DNA of 64,000 nt from Podarcis liolepis (GCA_965112155.1 OZ218098.1), one strand, 5' to 3'; counted from the first letter of the stretch, positions 35,893 to 49,151 are shown. Program-made: numbers and translations. Notes: generated by a model not told the origin, from the letters alone.

Positions 35893-38567
35893 TAAATGTC
35901 TACAAATGTCTACAAATTTCTCATTCTCCCTCCTCGCTTCATTTAGAACATGACTGGGGAAACTGTGGCCCCTCCAGATATTACTGGACTACAAATCTCA
36001 TCATTCCTGATCATTGGCCATGCTGGCTGATGAGTGTTGGAGTCCAACAACTTTTGGAGGGCTATAGGCACCTCATCCCTGATTTAGCAGAAAGGTCCTA
36101 TAAAGGTGGGGATGACCGGCTCACTGATTGGGTACTGCAGATGCTTCCCAGGGTGTCAAGGTTCCATTCTAGAATGCTCAGGAAATTCCATCATTCCTCG
36201 TCCTTCCTTGCTTTTTGAGGTTTCAACATCCACCAGTGTACCTGGGAAGGCTAACCCAAGGATCAGAGAGATAGGAGGTGAGAAACTGATAAGCTAAACT
36301 TCAACTGCTGCTCGCTGTGTGTTCTGTCATCCATGAATGGACAGCTTTGAATCCCCATGGCTGGACCTAAAGCAATACTCATTATATAGCAGAGCAAAAG
36401 CAGTTCACTGTAAGATAAACACCATCCCTTTCTCTGCTCTCTCTCTCTTGCACTCAGGGTGACACATATTTAAGCTACACTCAGTGGACATGTCAAGACA
36501 GGATAGCTGTTCTTAATGCTCCCAAGGAGTCGTGATGCTATTTAATAGCACTGTTTCCCCAAATGCAGTTTCTCATGCAGCCTATTGCAGCTTCCTAAAC
36601 TGTCCTAAGTGATGGCAGAACCGCAGGGTTTTGTAAGCAAGGAGGGGAAATGAAAACTGCCCAGAGCCAAATAGAGCTTGTGATCTTGGAAAACCTCTTT
36701 GTGAGATTAATTTGGAAAGGAGGGGAGGGGAGAAGGCAGCAAGAGTGAAATGGATTCTTCTAACTTCATTTGTGGTTTGCTCTTTGCAATCCACGGGTGT
36801 ATTTGTTTGTGTGGTGTCTGCCTGCATCTGGTTGACTTACAGAGCCACAGCACCATCTAGCGGGTAGAAAAAAAGGAAAACAAGAGCATTCTTTATTCTG
36901 CCAAATGAGTGAGGTGCAAGGTTTTTGACTGCTCTGATTTTCCATTGGGCTGAGAAATATCTCCATTACATCAGTTCAATTTTTACCCTTCTTGGGTTTT
37001 AAAAAAGAAATTATTCATTTTTGCTCTTTTGTAGAAGAAACAACAAACAACATTCTATTTATAATTGCCCAAGCTCATTACTGCTAATATAAACATTGGG
37101 GGCCTATGCAAAAATAGAGATGTGTGGGCAGAGAACCATCTGCTGAATATGCTGCCTGCCAGAAACTCTATTCTGCCTACGATAGCATGAATTTGGAGGT
37201 CTTGTGTGCTTAAAATGGGCTATGCAATCACACCCCAAACCCAATGGTTTTAAGGGGGTAGAGAAAAAATAGGCACCATTACAATCCAAGCTGGTCTTAA
37301 AGAAGTTCATTACATTTTTCCTTGTCAAAAATACTCAGTACCCCATAACTGAGTAAATACCTGGAAGGTTTTAGTATTTCCCACTAATAACAGAATGAGA
37401 AGAGACTGATGGAAACTGTTATGTCGCCAAATAACAAAACTATTTTAATAATTATAAATGATAAGCGGCAGAGTTCTCACAACCTCTCACAGTTCACACA
37501 TGGGAATTTTTTATTAGCATTAGCATTAGCATTCCTACACCTCCCAGAGCATAAAGTTAGGGCTGCTTGAGGGGCTCAGTCTTTATGAATTCTGATACAA
37601 ACTGACCTGATTGCCATTTGCCAGATTTATGTGCAGATCGGAATTTTTGTTATCCAACAGGTTTTGCACTTCCCAAATGTCTTTGATGCAATTTCAGGCT
37701 CAAAGGCACATGTCAAAATAGATTTAACATGCATGTATTGAATACACACACACACACACACACACACAGGTGTGGGAATATTTTAGGGGAAATGCATTTA
37801 AAAGTAGCATTTAAATATTATCTTGGTGACCTCAAGATGTATCAGACAATGACTAATCTCTGAGCAATAACTATGGTAGTTGGGCAAGGTGGGAGGTAGA
37901 GTTCCAACAACATCTGGATGGCACACAGTTGCAGCAGACAATGTTTTAAGAGCCCTGACCTTTTTTTAGGTTTAAAATATGCTATCCAAAGCAATAAATA
38001 AATAAATTCTAGCTCTATAAATTTATTGACGGGTTCACAGCTCATCAGTTGAGAACATGCTGTGCATGCAGCACGTCCCAGGTTCAATCTCTCTAACATA
38101 CTAGAAGTATGTTAGAAGGATCAGGTGGTAGGTGAGGTGAAAGACCTCCTTCTGCCTGAGATCCTGGAAAACTGTTGCTGGGCAGGATAGACCACCCTGG
38201 GCAACATGGAGAAATAGTTTCCTATAACACTGTGGCTCTGTGTGATGGCAGCATTTTGCAGGCTGATGCTCATTTGACCTAGCTCTGTTTTATTATTTTC
38301 TGGGATTTACATTCTCTTGATTTGCTTTTTAAACTAGCCCACACATTGCTTTCTTTAAAAAAGAAAAAAGGTCAGAAAAAATTGCCAAATGAGCAGAATA
38401 ATTGGGCTGGTGATGCTGAGGAGATCAGCAGGTGATGCTTCTCACAGTATCAAAATCTCGAAATCATTAGCCTCTACTTGCTAATGTGCACAGATCCAGC
38501 TGCTGTTAAAGGCCAGATATGGTCTTAAAGTAGCCACTTTGGTCTTAGTTGGCAGGACATTCTCCAG

Positions 38568-38569
<2 letters not shown>

Positions 38570-38638
<69 letters not shown>
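38570..38638. repeat. Compound (TC)n(TG)n microsatellite
   Basis: Direct reading. Confidence 0.95.
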
Positions 38639-38639
<1 letters not shown>

Positions 38640-39052
38640 TGTTAGAGCTAGGAAAGATCTGTGGCAGATGAACTATAAAAGACACAGATGCTTCCTAGGC
38701 CCCTACCAATCACATGACTGATGGCCTGTGATGCCTGTCATCCATCTTCATCATTCACCTGAGATCAGCAGGGCAGAGATGTAGCAGTTGGAAGGTCATT
38801 TAGTGCAATTTGGAGGCAAAAAGGAGCCGCTATGACAGATAGTTATGAGAAATCAGCAAAGCTGACAGAGGCTTTTATTGGGCCAAGCGAGGCAATTAAG
38901 TTAGAAGCACAAGCAAAGGGAAGATGAATTGGACCCCTGACCATGTTTCTGTTGAGATGACGGCCCATGTCCATTTGAAAAGAACAATTTATGCTTGGCG
39001 GGTGCATTATTGATACCAGAGTCGAGCAAGTTATTTTAGATGTGGAGCTGGC

Positions 39053-39069
39053 TTCAGCACCTTGGAGAG
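39053..39069 (+). promoter_or_regulatory. REST/NRSF binding element (RE1/NRSE)
   Basis: TTCAGCACCTTGGAGAG satisfies every position of the 17-bp RE1 consensus NTYAGMRCCNNRGMSAG, with the canonical 2-bp spacer. Confidence 0.65.
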
Positions 39070-39944
39070 TTCATAATGCTAGAAGGCAGTCTGGGAGGGA
39101 GAGTGTGACTATGGAGGTATTCAAAACCAAAACCCAACTCAAAATCAACTCCGTATTATCCCCTTCTTTGAGCCCATGATGAACAACAGGGTGGCCACCA
39201 AATTCAGCCCTGGTTCATAGCTCCAGTTCAGACAAAATAGGACTTTGCTGGAATATCTACATCCTTCTATCAGATTTCCTGACGTCTGCAGGCCTTGCTA
39301 GATCTGTGAAAATATCTGTTGGCACTGGATTCTAAAAGGAAGCACACACCAGTCCTCAGAAGCCTAAATACTTTCTGCAGCCTGCATGAAATATTATTCC
39401 TCCTCCCTACTTCTTGGATGGTTCTTTATTGATGCATTGATGCTATACTGATGTCTGAAGTCTTGAATAAAGAACTCTCAATACTGACATGCACCAAAGA
39501 CATGATTATTATTAGAAGTCTCTCAATTAGGAGTGAGTGAACCTGTCTATTTCTAGTTCATATCACTTTTTCATTTGTCTTACCTGTAATTCCATTTTAC
39601 AGTAATCTGTGAATCTTTTAATCCTCGACAAATAAGTATTCAAATACACATTTAAATATCTATTTTGAGCAGTTTAAAGTGCCAAGAACTGTGCCACAGC
39701 ATCAAGAGAAGTGCAGAATCCTGTGGATAGTTTTGATCTCTGTGTTAGTAAAAGAGATGCAGATCAGGATATTGCATACAGGAGATCCACAGGGATCAAA
39801 TTACTCAAGCATCCCCATGCTTGACTGGCTTAGCTTAATGTGGAGCCTTGCAGAAACAAGCTCCCTCCAGTTTAGCATCTCTACATGAAAACTTGGGGAC
39901 ATTGCCATTATGGTAAAACACTGCCTTCATAAGCAGAGGCAGCA

Positions 39945-40109
39945 ATACTTCTAAATACCTGTTGCTGGGAGAGGCAGGAGGGAAGCATGTTCTTGTGCTG
40001 AGATCATGTTTGCTGGTTTCCCACAGGTATCAGGTTGGACAACTGTGAGAACAATATGCTGGACTATATGGGCCATTGACTTGATCAGCAAGCTCTTCTT
40101 AGGTTCTTA
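39945..40109 (+). mobile_element. CR1-type LINE 3' fragment
   Basis: ...actgtgagaacaatatgctggactatatgggccattgacttgatcagcaagctcttcttaggttctta. Confidence 0.65.
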
Positions 40110-40192
40110 GGACATATATTTTAATGTGATCCTATCTTATTTGTACTTCCCGAAACAATATGCGAATGGAAACACAGCTATCTTTCAAAATA

Positions 40193-40517
40193 CAGTGGTG
40201 CCTCGCAAGATGAAAAGAATCCGTTCTGTGATTCTCTTCATCTAGCGGTTTTTTCGTCTTGCGAAGCAAGCCCATTGACGGATTAGCGGATTAGCGCTAT
40301 TAGCGGCTTATCTGCTGATCGGATCAGCTGATTAGCAGCTTAGCGGCTTAGAAAAAGGGGGGAAGGGGGAAAAAACCCACAGGAACTCGCAAGACATTGT
40401 CGTCTTGCGAAGCAAGCCCATAGGAAATTCGTTTTGCGAAGCACCTCAAAAACGGAAAACTGTTTCGTCTAGTGAGTTTTCCGTCTTGCGAGGCATTCGT
40501 CTTGCGGGGCACCACTG
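40193..40517. mobile_element. Tc1/mariner (Tigger/pogo-like) MITE
   Basis: TIRs CAGTGGTGCCTCGCAAGA / TCTTGCGGGGCACCACTG; TA duplication at 40191-40192 and 40518-40519; internal repeats cgtcttgcgaagcaagccca and (ttagcgg)n. Confidence 0.9.
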
Positions 40518-43500
40518 TAAACTCTTATTTGAATATTGCGGTGCAGTTTTCAGACCAAAAAGTTGTACACCTTAGAAGTATGCATAAGAACAGTTTCAGG
40601 TTAAGAAACGACATCCAGAACGAATTAAGTTTTTAACCCAAGGTACCACTGTATATTAAGAGAAAAACACTTGCAAAAAATGTGCTTATTAGGAGAAACA
40701 TGCTTTAAAATGCTGGTTATTTTTCATGAGCACTTAATTATTTTTTAAAAAATTGCAAATGCATGCAGAATTGTGGCTAACTGAATTTAAGATTGGGCAA
40801 CTGAAAAGCAGAGAAATCAAAACTGATCCACTATCCTGACCTTCTCCAGTACCAAAAAAATAGCAATTAGCAAAACTATATGTCTCCATGAGTCAAACAG
40901 ATTGCTGGTCCAACTTTAAAGTGTCACAAGAGAAATCCCAGCAGGAGTGAAAGGTTTTGGAACTGTTTAGTTGAAACTTCCTATCACTCAATTCCTGGGC
41001 CATCTGGTGGCAACTGGGAAGAAAAAGAATAATTATTAAAGCAGTTGAGCTTCCTTCAGTATATTTTATGAAAGAGCTACTAGGGTAAGCTTTGAAAAAT
41101 CCTGCTCTTGCTTATGCAGTTATTTAACATTACTGTCTATGAAACACTGGCATTTACACAAATCACACCAGCTCCATCTAATCAAAGCCATGTCAAAAGC
41201 ACAACCAATGACGGTTATATTGCTTAAGCTGAGAGGGCGGGGTGTCACAATTTTTAATGCCAGGAACAGAGTGCTTCTGAAAATCAAAACTGAGTTATAA
41301 AGGAAACCTGCCACTTCTAATCAATACAGGTCTCTGCCTCAGGCTAGAGAGAATGACATGTGACAGACTTGCTTGCTGCACTAAGTGAAATATTAGGCAA
41401 TCCGGTGAGTGTTGTTCTATAGCTGGTAGGGGAAAACTGCAGAAGAGGAGAACATAGCCTGGAATATGGGTGACTGGCTTCGGCTGGGGATTCACACCCC
41501 ACTACCCAATTTCAGATTGTTGAACCAGTGTCAGCAATGGAGTTTGTGCCAGATTGTGAAACGGAGGATGTAACAAGGGTGCGCCAACACCCAGCTCAGG
41601 ACAAAGGAGTGCACTGAAAAGGTCTCCATGCATCATCAGTCAGGTACATCAGGTTACATTCTCAGATCCTTATGAAGTAGGGGTGTGGACCCTTTTTCTA
41701 ACCCTGCTCGAACGGCAATTCAGCACTGGAAGCTGGATTCTCCAGATGGAGAATGCTCTTTTTAGGGTAATATGAAGCAACTCCACATAGAATAATCACA
41801 TACATCCCTCCGGCTCCTTTAACACACTCAGAGATATAAAGTCTATTTCAGAAGTGTCTAAATAACCCACCTAAATCTTCCTCTCGGGAATTGTTATTGA
41901 GACAACCGAGTTTAAAATTTTCATGTTTTTCCACAATGCTCCACAGCTCAGCCTATTGTAACAGCCCCTGGATAACAAGCTTGTAACATTGCTGAGATAT
42001 GTCTCCATGCACAGCTAAACTCCACTGGAGATCAGTAGGCAGTCATCTTCCAATGAGAGGCAATAATGAGCATATTAGGAAGGTCGGATAACAATCAAGA
42101 ATATGGGCCTGGGCTTATCCTTTTAACCTGCTTCTGTTTTTCTTCCCTCCATCATTTTTTTTTTAAAGAAACATTTACACTCACTCACTCTCTCTCTCAC
42201 ACACACACAGTTTCTATTTGTAGTATGGATTTATTCAGCTCACCACACTGTCTCCATCAAATAAGGCTTCTAAGGGATCTTCAGAGATGACTGCTGAACT
42301 TGCTTCCATCCTACTGATGTCAGTGGATGCATGAGACTATTGTACATGCAGACACAGCATCCATATGTTTGCAGATTCACATGGGCACCGATACCACCAG
42401 GGGATGCCTGCAGTTCTTGTGTCAAAATGTTGCATGCAACAAGCTGTCACAAAAATTACTCCAATCAGCTTAGCCATTCCCATGTTGGCCAAGGTGACAG
42501 AGAGGAGTGGCAGGAGAGAAATCAGTTGATTCTACTAGGGAAGAGGAGTGCACAATTCAGGCACAAGGATCAGATTTGCACTACTCAAACACTGACGCAT
42601 AGCAAAAGTCTATCAGAGTGGGGAGTTGTTAAAATTTCACACAGCCCCAAGTTGCTAACAGTGACAATGTTTGGAAATTAACTTACATTTCAGCTTCGCA
42701 ACTACAATCTCATGTGGATCTAGGGAGCATTCCTTCTTGGTTTTAGGCTCCTTTGGGAGGAGGGGTGGGATATTAATTAATTAATGCAGGAATGGGGAAC
42801 CTACCACCCAATGGATGTTGCACTCCATTTGTCATCTGTTCCAGAAAGGCCAGTGTTTAGGGAAAATGGAAAGTGTGGTCAAGAAACATGGGTAGCACCA
42901 CAGGTCACCCTCCATTGCCCTAAAGGATGAAGAATTTGCTACTGCGAAGGGACAGAGGTCTTTAGCATTTTATTTCACTTATCAATCCCAAGTGGAGCCA
43001 CAACAAATTTTTCACCCACCAACATTTGGGAGATAAAAGTGAAGTGGAAAGAAAACACCACCTGTTTGCAGCTGCTTCTTTCCCCGACTTGTGATTTAAA
43101 AAACAAAACAAAGAAAACAGTATTTATTAGAATTCCAACACATCAAATATTAAATGCAAAACAGTCATTCTGTACCGCAGGAGTGTGGTTAGCACTCCAT
43201 CAGCTGTCTGATTCATCAGCCACCCCCTTGCCATTTCTAAGCCATTTTTAAAATATGGTATTTGTGAGTTAATCCCAAATAATTATGGGAGATGCAGGAA
43301 GCAAGACACAGAGCTGATCAGATCTGGCTATGTGACAAACACACAAAGCCATATCAGAGTGAGGGCAGCAGGAATGCCATAATGGCACCATGCAGCTAAA
43401 TCACAGTGAAGGGAACTATTTTCTTTGGTTTCACAAGCCTTGCTGAAAAATTGCTGGAATGGAGGAGGGTGCATTTTGTAAAATGTGTCCCCCACACCCC

Positions 43501-46246
43501 CAGCTCTAGCTTAGCTGTGTTGGGCAGATGGGTTCACAGAATGCTCCTCATTCATCCTAAAATACAAGTAACCCCCTTCAAGTCATCATAATTTCAATGG
43601 AACTTCCTTTCTACACATGGGCTATGAGGGATTCAGAGCAGACAAGAAAAGCTTAAAATTAATCAATTCCTCCTGTGACTTTGGAAGTATCTCTCTTTAG
43701 TCTGACTCTCGGGGGATATTCATGCCACAGACTTAAACTGATTTCAAACTCATTCTCTTCTCCAGGGAACCTGAGAAACTGTAGTTCTGCAAGAGGGGCA
43801 AAGAGTCTGTAACAAAGAATTCTCGGTACCAAACAAATCCAGAGTTCTTCAAGTCAGGCAAATATACAGCCAATATACATTTGAAACATAGATGGGGCCT
43901 TAGTACCATGAGGAGAACAGGTGAGAGGGAGAAGGAGGATATCCTTTAGAACACTGATAGGGAACATCAGGCCGGGGGGGGGGGGCTAATGAGACCTCTA
44001 TTTGGCCCTCAGGGGCTCTTCCAGGAAACTCCCCTTCTCCTTAAGGCCAGGTCCCTGAACAGCCATTTTTCATGCTTTTTCAAGCACCTTTGCCTGTCTG
44101 GAACCTGTCATTCAGCTGTGATAATGCCTCTCACTTACACTGATGTGGGGGGTATATGTCAAAACCACTGACTTTTGCATAGCTCAGATACAGACTACTG
44201 GACAAAGGTAAGCAGCTGCTGCTTCACTAACGTTCACCTCTGCCTCTGGCCACTCCATGCCATGCGGCGCCTAGAAAATTGCCCATGAAGAAATGTGTCC
44301 CCGGGGCTGAAAAAGTTCCCCCATCTCTGCTCTAGAGAGCTCCCCTCAGGTTCTCTCTGTGGACACCTGATGCAAAACATTTGGAAACCAACTCTTCTGA
44401 CGTTGATTCTCATTATTTTCAGGGCTAATTCATGATCCCTGAGGAGTACACAAAACAATATGTCAGGCGGACATGCTTCCATACAAGCTCTTGGTCTGCA
44501 TCCCAGCCTGATGCTCTGCAGTTGCTGAGAGGTGTTTCGGTGCTTGCTGAGAGGAACCTAAAAGCTCCTTGGACAGTTTCCACAATGGAAGACATTGCTC
44601 TTGTTTGTATGCAATGCTACAAAAAACCAAAAGCGCACTTCTGTATGAAGACTGCTGCGAAGACTTGGGATGTGAGAAAGGGAATGAAAGCCAGTGGAAA
44701 TATGAAGCAAAATGCCACTTCCAATATTGCTCCTGGGATCTATAAAAGCCACGCCACATTTTAACTTTTGCTTCTTATCTAGGTAGAATACAGAGTAGTA
44801 GTAGAGGAATGAGGATAGAACGTTTTTCAAGGATTGCAGGAATGGCACAGATTGGTGAAAAGAGAGGTACAGACAGTGAGTGTGAAGCAAACAAGACTGA
44901 AGAGAGTAGGATAGGGTGTGTCCTGGTCTCCTGAGCTACAATTTGCGTAATTTGAATTCTATCTCTTTCAAATATACATACCAAGTCTTTCCACTGAGTT
45001 TGCCAACAACACTGAAGACTACTACCAGGTAAAAATTAGCAACTTACAAGTTTATTCATCAACAGCTAATGATACATGTGGATTTATTTCCTGCACCCCA
45101 TACCCCTTTTATGCATATTGTTTTGAACTGTAAGGTAACAAATTGAGCACATTAGAAATAAATGAGAGGTAATTAAACAGTGGCAAAAAGGGGGCTTTTG
45201 CTAAAGCAAATCAAGTGCACTGGCAATAAAATTGCAGAGGCCACCCCACCCAGGCACAATGTAATTGGCCCCGATAGCAACAGGTACAATTATGAACATT
45301 CACCTTCTCAGTTTGAAAAGGAGGCAAAGCCGACCCATTTGGATAACCCTTGGGATGCAGAACGTCAGACATTACCAATGCAACATGGGAACTGAAAATG
45401 CAGGCATCGCAACCCCACCACAAAGTTAACATTAAGGAATCTAGCTTAGAAGTATATGTGGACACACATTCAAGAGAGAGGCACAATTTGTTTTTCCTGT
45501 TGGCTGAATGAAAAACCTGTTTTAACAATACCAATCAATAATGTATTGCGACCTATAATTTGAACATACACAGAAACAACAAAAACGAAGGAAAACTAAT
45601 CAATGACCACCTGACAGATGTAGCAACAGACATCTGTTTGGTGTTTTGCTGTTTACACATGAGCCCCCTGCAGGTGACTGATCTGCTGCAAGCCAGGAAC
45701 TCCTGGTCATTGGTGCAAGAGTGGTTTTTAAAAGGCCTCCACATGGTCATAGCCAATGGGAAGAAAAACGGCATATCCATCTGTGATCTAACTGCCATTT
45801 CTAAGTAGTTTTATTTAAATATTCATAACTTACTTGCTTCAGTAAGTAATGTAGAACACACACTGGATCAACAGTGAAATTAGACAAAAGCTTTCCTCGA
45901 GCCAATACACATCTCATGTCACATCAATAAAGCCACAAATCAGCACTTCATTGGTCTTTGCACTAAACGGGATATTGGGCAAGTTGCAGCTAATTGTGCC
46001 AAGGGTACCTAGATAGACTATACTTTGGCTAATGTCCCAGGGCTAATCCACGTGCTACCTGTTGCTACTTCATTTCTTCTGCCTTTCTCCTTCTGGACTC
46101 ACACATGGAAGAAGGATTAAAAGGGTGCTGGTGACACTTGCAGAAACTTCCAAGGTCAGGAAAACTGCAGCAGTAAACCAAAGCATCTCTGACCACAGAG
46201 GCCAGTGCAATTGTTCCACGGCAGCAGTTCAGACATGTGAGTGAGG

Positions 46247-46308
46247 GGAGAAGGAGAAGGAGAAGGAGAAGGAGAAGGAGAAGGAGAAGGAGAAGGAGAA
46301 GGAGAAGG
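46247..46308. repeat. (GGAGAA)n hexanucleotide microsatellite
   Basis: Direct reading, about 10 units. Confidence 0.95.
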
Positions 46309-49031
46309 GAGATGTAATATACTAAGCCCCTAAATTTTCAGCGTAACTCATCAAGATCCAGTTGAAATAAGCCTAAACTAGTGGAACAAAATATCACCAA
46401 CTATGCTGGATGGCTCCATGAGGTTTGGCTGCCTAGTTCACAAGGATCCATTTCTGCACTATGAAGTTTCTCACAATATTATATCATCTTACGACCTATT
46501 GTGGACACATGAGAACCTTTGTGACCCAAATTACCTGACAATACATTATTTGCCAGCTGTGTTTGCACAGCATTTCCACTCTGGTCGAATTAACAATACA
46601 TACACCCCTGTTAGCATCTGGATCACACTGGCACTCAGGACAGCAAGGAACTTGTGCAACGTTATTGGAAAGATGCTAGCCACCCCAGAGTGTGTTGGAG
46701 AACTGTGAGAACAAAATCTGCCATTGAATAAAGTCCAGTCCCAAACAATCATTTGCAAGCATAACACAACCAAGGACATACCTTTTGCAGATCTCAGCAC
46801 GACAGGTTTAGAGCGATCATTGTGAACTTACCTTTCTCGCTCCTTTTTGGAGACATCCTCCTACCACAACCACTTCTAAAACACCAGCACAAGAATGCGA
46901 GAGACACCTGGCTGTTGACAATTCAAATCTGCTTTTCCTTGTATGAGTGGGGCCACATTTGACACATTGCTCTTTAAAGACAGGAGCCTTTCTTCAGAAC
47001 CAGGTCTTTGATGACCTCAGCCAGGAGGGCCAATATAAAGGACTTCAGTGCCTTCCAGCATTTTTCTGTGACATTTTCTTTATAGTCTTTTTAGTGCCTT
47101 CTCTAGAAAACAGGCATGCTTACAGCCCTCCCTACATGATGCCTGCATACATAACATGTGTCTTATGATGCACAATTTAAGGATCAGAAGAAGCCCCACG
47201 AAGAGTCACTTTCACTCACATCAATCTGCCCTCCAGTTGCCCTATATGACACCCTATCTGTTGATTCCTGAACATTAAGGAAGTTCTAATTACAGACTCA
47301 GAAATGAACTTGTTGACAATTTGAAGTCTGTCTGAATTCATTAGTGCCAATGGGTTCTGTAGTGCTTTGGAATCATGTGGCCCAATTCATTACAACCCAG
47401 AAAGGGCATGATGTCACTAACCCTTTTAGATCACTCCACAACACTTATTTAAATGCAGCTTCATAGGTCCTAGGGTTGCATTTTCTGTGTAAAGTGGTGT
47501 CCTAAGAAGCATGCCTATGATTGACAAAGAAGTGTGTCTCACGGGGCACTGTGGGGCAGATAAGTGCCATGCTAAAAAACAAAAACAAAGTAGGGGAAGG
47601 GAAAGGAATAGGACAGCCAGAAAAGGCATCTGTTTCCAGACAGAGTTTAGGGCATATTTACTAACTATGACTGAGCTGTGAATCTCTGCATAAAAGACAA
47701 AAGTGGAAATAATTCTGTGCCTATTGATATAGATCTGGCTGCACTGCATTTGATTGGGGTTTTAGAACTAGCTATCTATACATGCATCAATTCACATGCC
47801 ACAGAACAGCTGAAAGATTGCAAGTTTTAATTTTCCCCAATGCAGGGAACACATGTGTGTGTGCAGAAAACTAGCTTAAAAGGAAAAAGAATTCTAGGCC
47901 AAGTTTCTCTCTGATGTGCCAATTTTTGACATGTGTGAAGCAATTTGTTTTGATTCTTTTGATAGGGTGCAGAAGAAATGCATCCAAACAAATGATATCT
48001 CATGTGCAGTCCAAATGGTATCACCCAGGGGGGGAAGTGTGTCACACATGTCTGCTGCATGTGTGGATCAGCATCAAATTCCTGCTCTCCCCACACGCAC
48101 CTTGGGTTTCCCCACATTAACACTAGATAAATGCCATTATGAGTTCTGTGGGGAGCGTTTAGCTTTCAGTGGATCTCCAGGACATGCTAAACTCATTCTC
48201 ATTATACAGAAGGGCAGTAAGAAGATCAATTTCACAGTGACTTTACCATGTCCAAGATGAACATGAACACAGGACCAAAGTCCAGTAGCAACAGCACCAT
48301 GGAGCCACCCTCCCAACACCAGCATCACTGCAGCTTGCCTGGATGGTACTGGAGCAGGGAAGGGAAGGGACCAGGTCGTGGCTGCAGAGATGCACTGGTG
48401 AAGCTAAACAGGCACTCCCACCAGAGCATCCAAACTGCCCATCACTCCAACACTGTCTATGACAGTTTCACTGATGCTGGTGTCAGGAGAGCAGTTCCAC
48501 AGTGCATATCGACCACACTGGCTACTACTGTCAAAGTCTACCAACAAGTGACACCTTAGCACACAATCACCAACAGGAAATTGTGAACATCATTTGCAGA
48601 ACCAAAAAGCCTCCAAGAGTTCAATTTGATACCTTTTCAGCTTTTGCAGCCACTTAAGACAAGACTAAGTACCGGACACTGTGGCTGGAAAACTTTTAAG
48701 AAGTTAATGTACTTCATTTAGTAAAACTCTGATTACTGTCTAGCACACACAGTTCCATCTGGATGCTATAAAAAGAACATCAATAGCCCCCTTTCATTTC
48801 ATTTGTCTTTAAATATGAAAACAGAATGCACTCAAGCACTTTCATATTAGATCAAAGGGAAAATAATTATCCTACTCTTTCTTCAAGTAATCTAGCTTTT
48901 AAAGCTAGTTGCCTAGCAAGATGATGAGGCAGCTCCGACATTAGGATTCACACCCAGTGTTAAGCTACCAAACCAGACATCAAATGCCTTCTAGGTCCTT
49001 GCAAAATCCCATATAAAAAGCTGGTACTCAC

Positions 49032-49151
49032 GATCATTGCACTGGTTCCCAGAGTAGGAAGTCATGGAACAGTCACAAATGAAGCCTTCCCATTGCTGGA
49101 TGCAGATGCCTTGGTTGGCACAGGAGTCTTCTTGGCAAGTGGTGCTTGGTC
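49032..49151 (-). CDS. NRXN3: NRXN3-alpha exon encoding the third EGF-like repeat (120 nt, phase 1-1)
   Basis: Translates (G)[39 protein letters not shown](P) with six EGF cysteines. WEGF and SYSGNQCND distinguish NRXN3 from NRXN1 (SFSGPLCND) and NRXN2 (SYGGPVCND), as recalled. Acceptor ctctttctttcttgctttactcactatcccatctcag|GA; donor GATC|gtgagt. Confidence 0.97.

Noticed and set aside
39578-39620. CAG|GTAAG on the minus strand as a possible recursive splice site
   Set aside because: The upstream sequence is purine-rich with no polypyrimidine tract, so it does not fit a recursive site.
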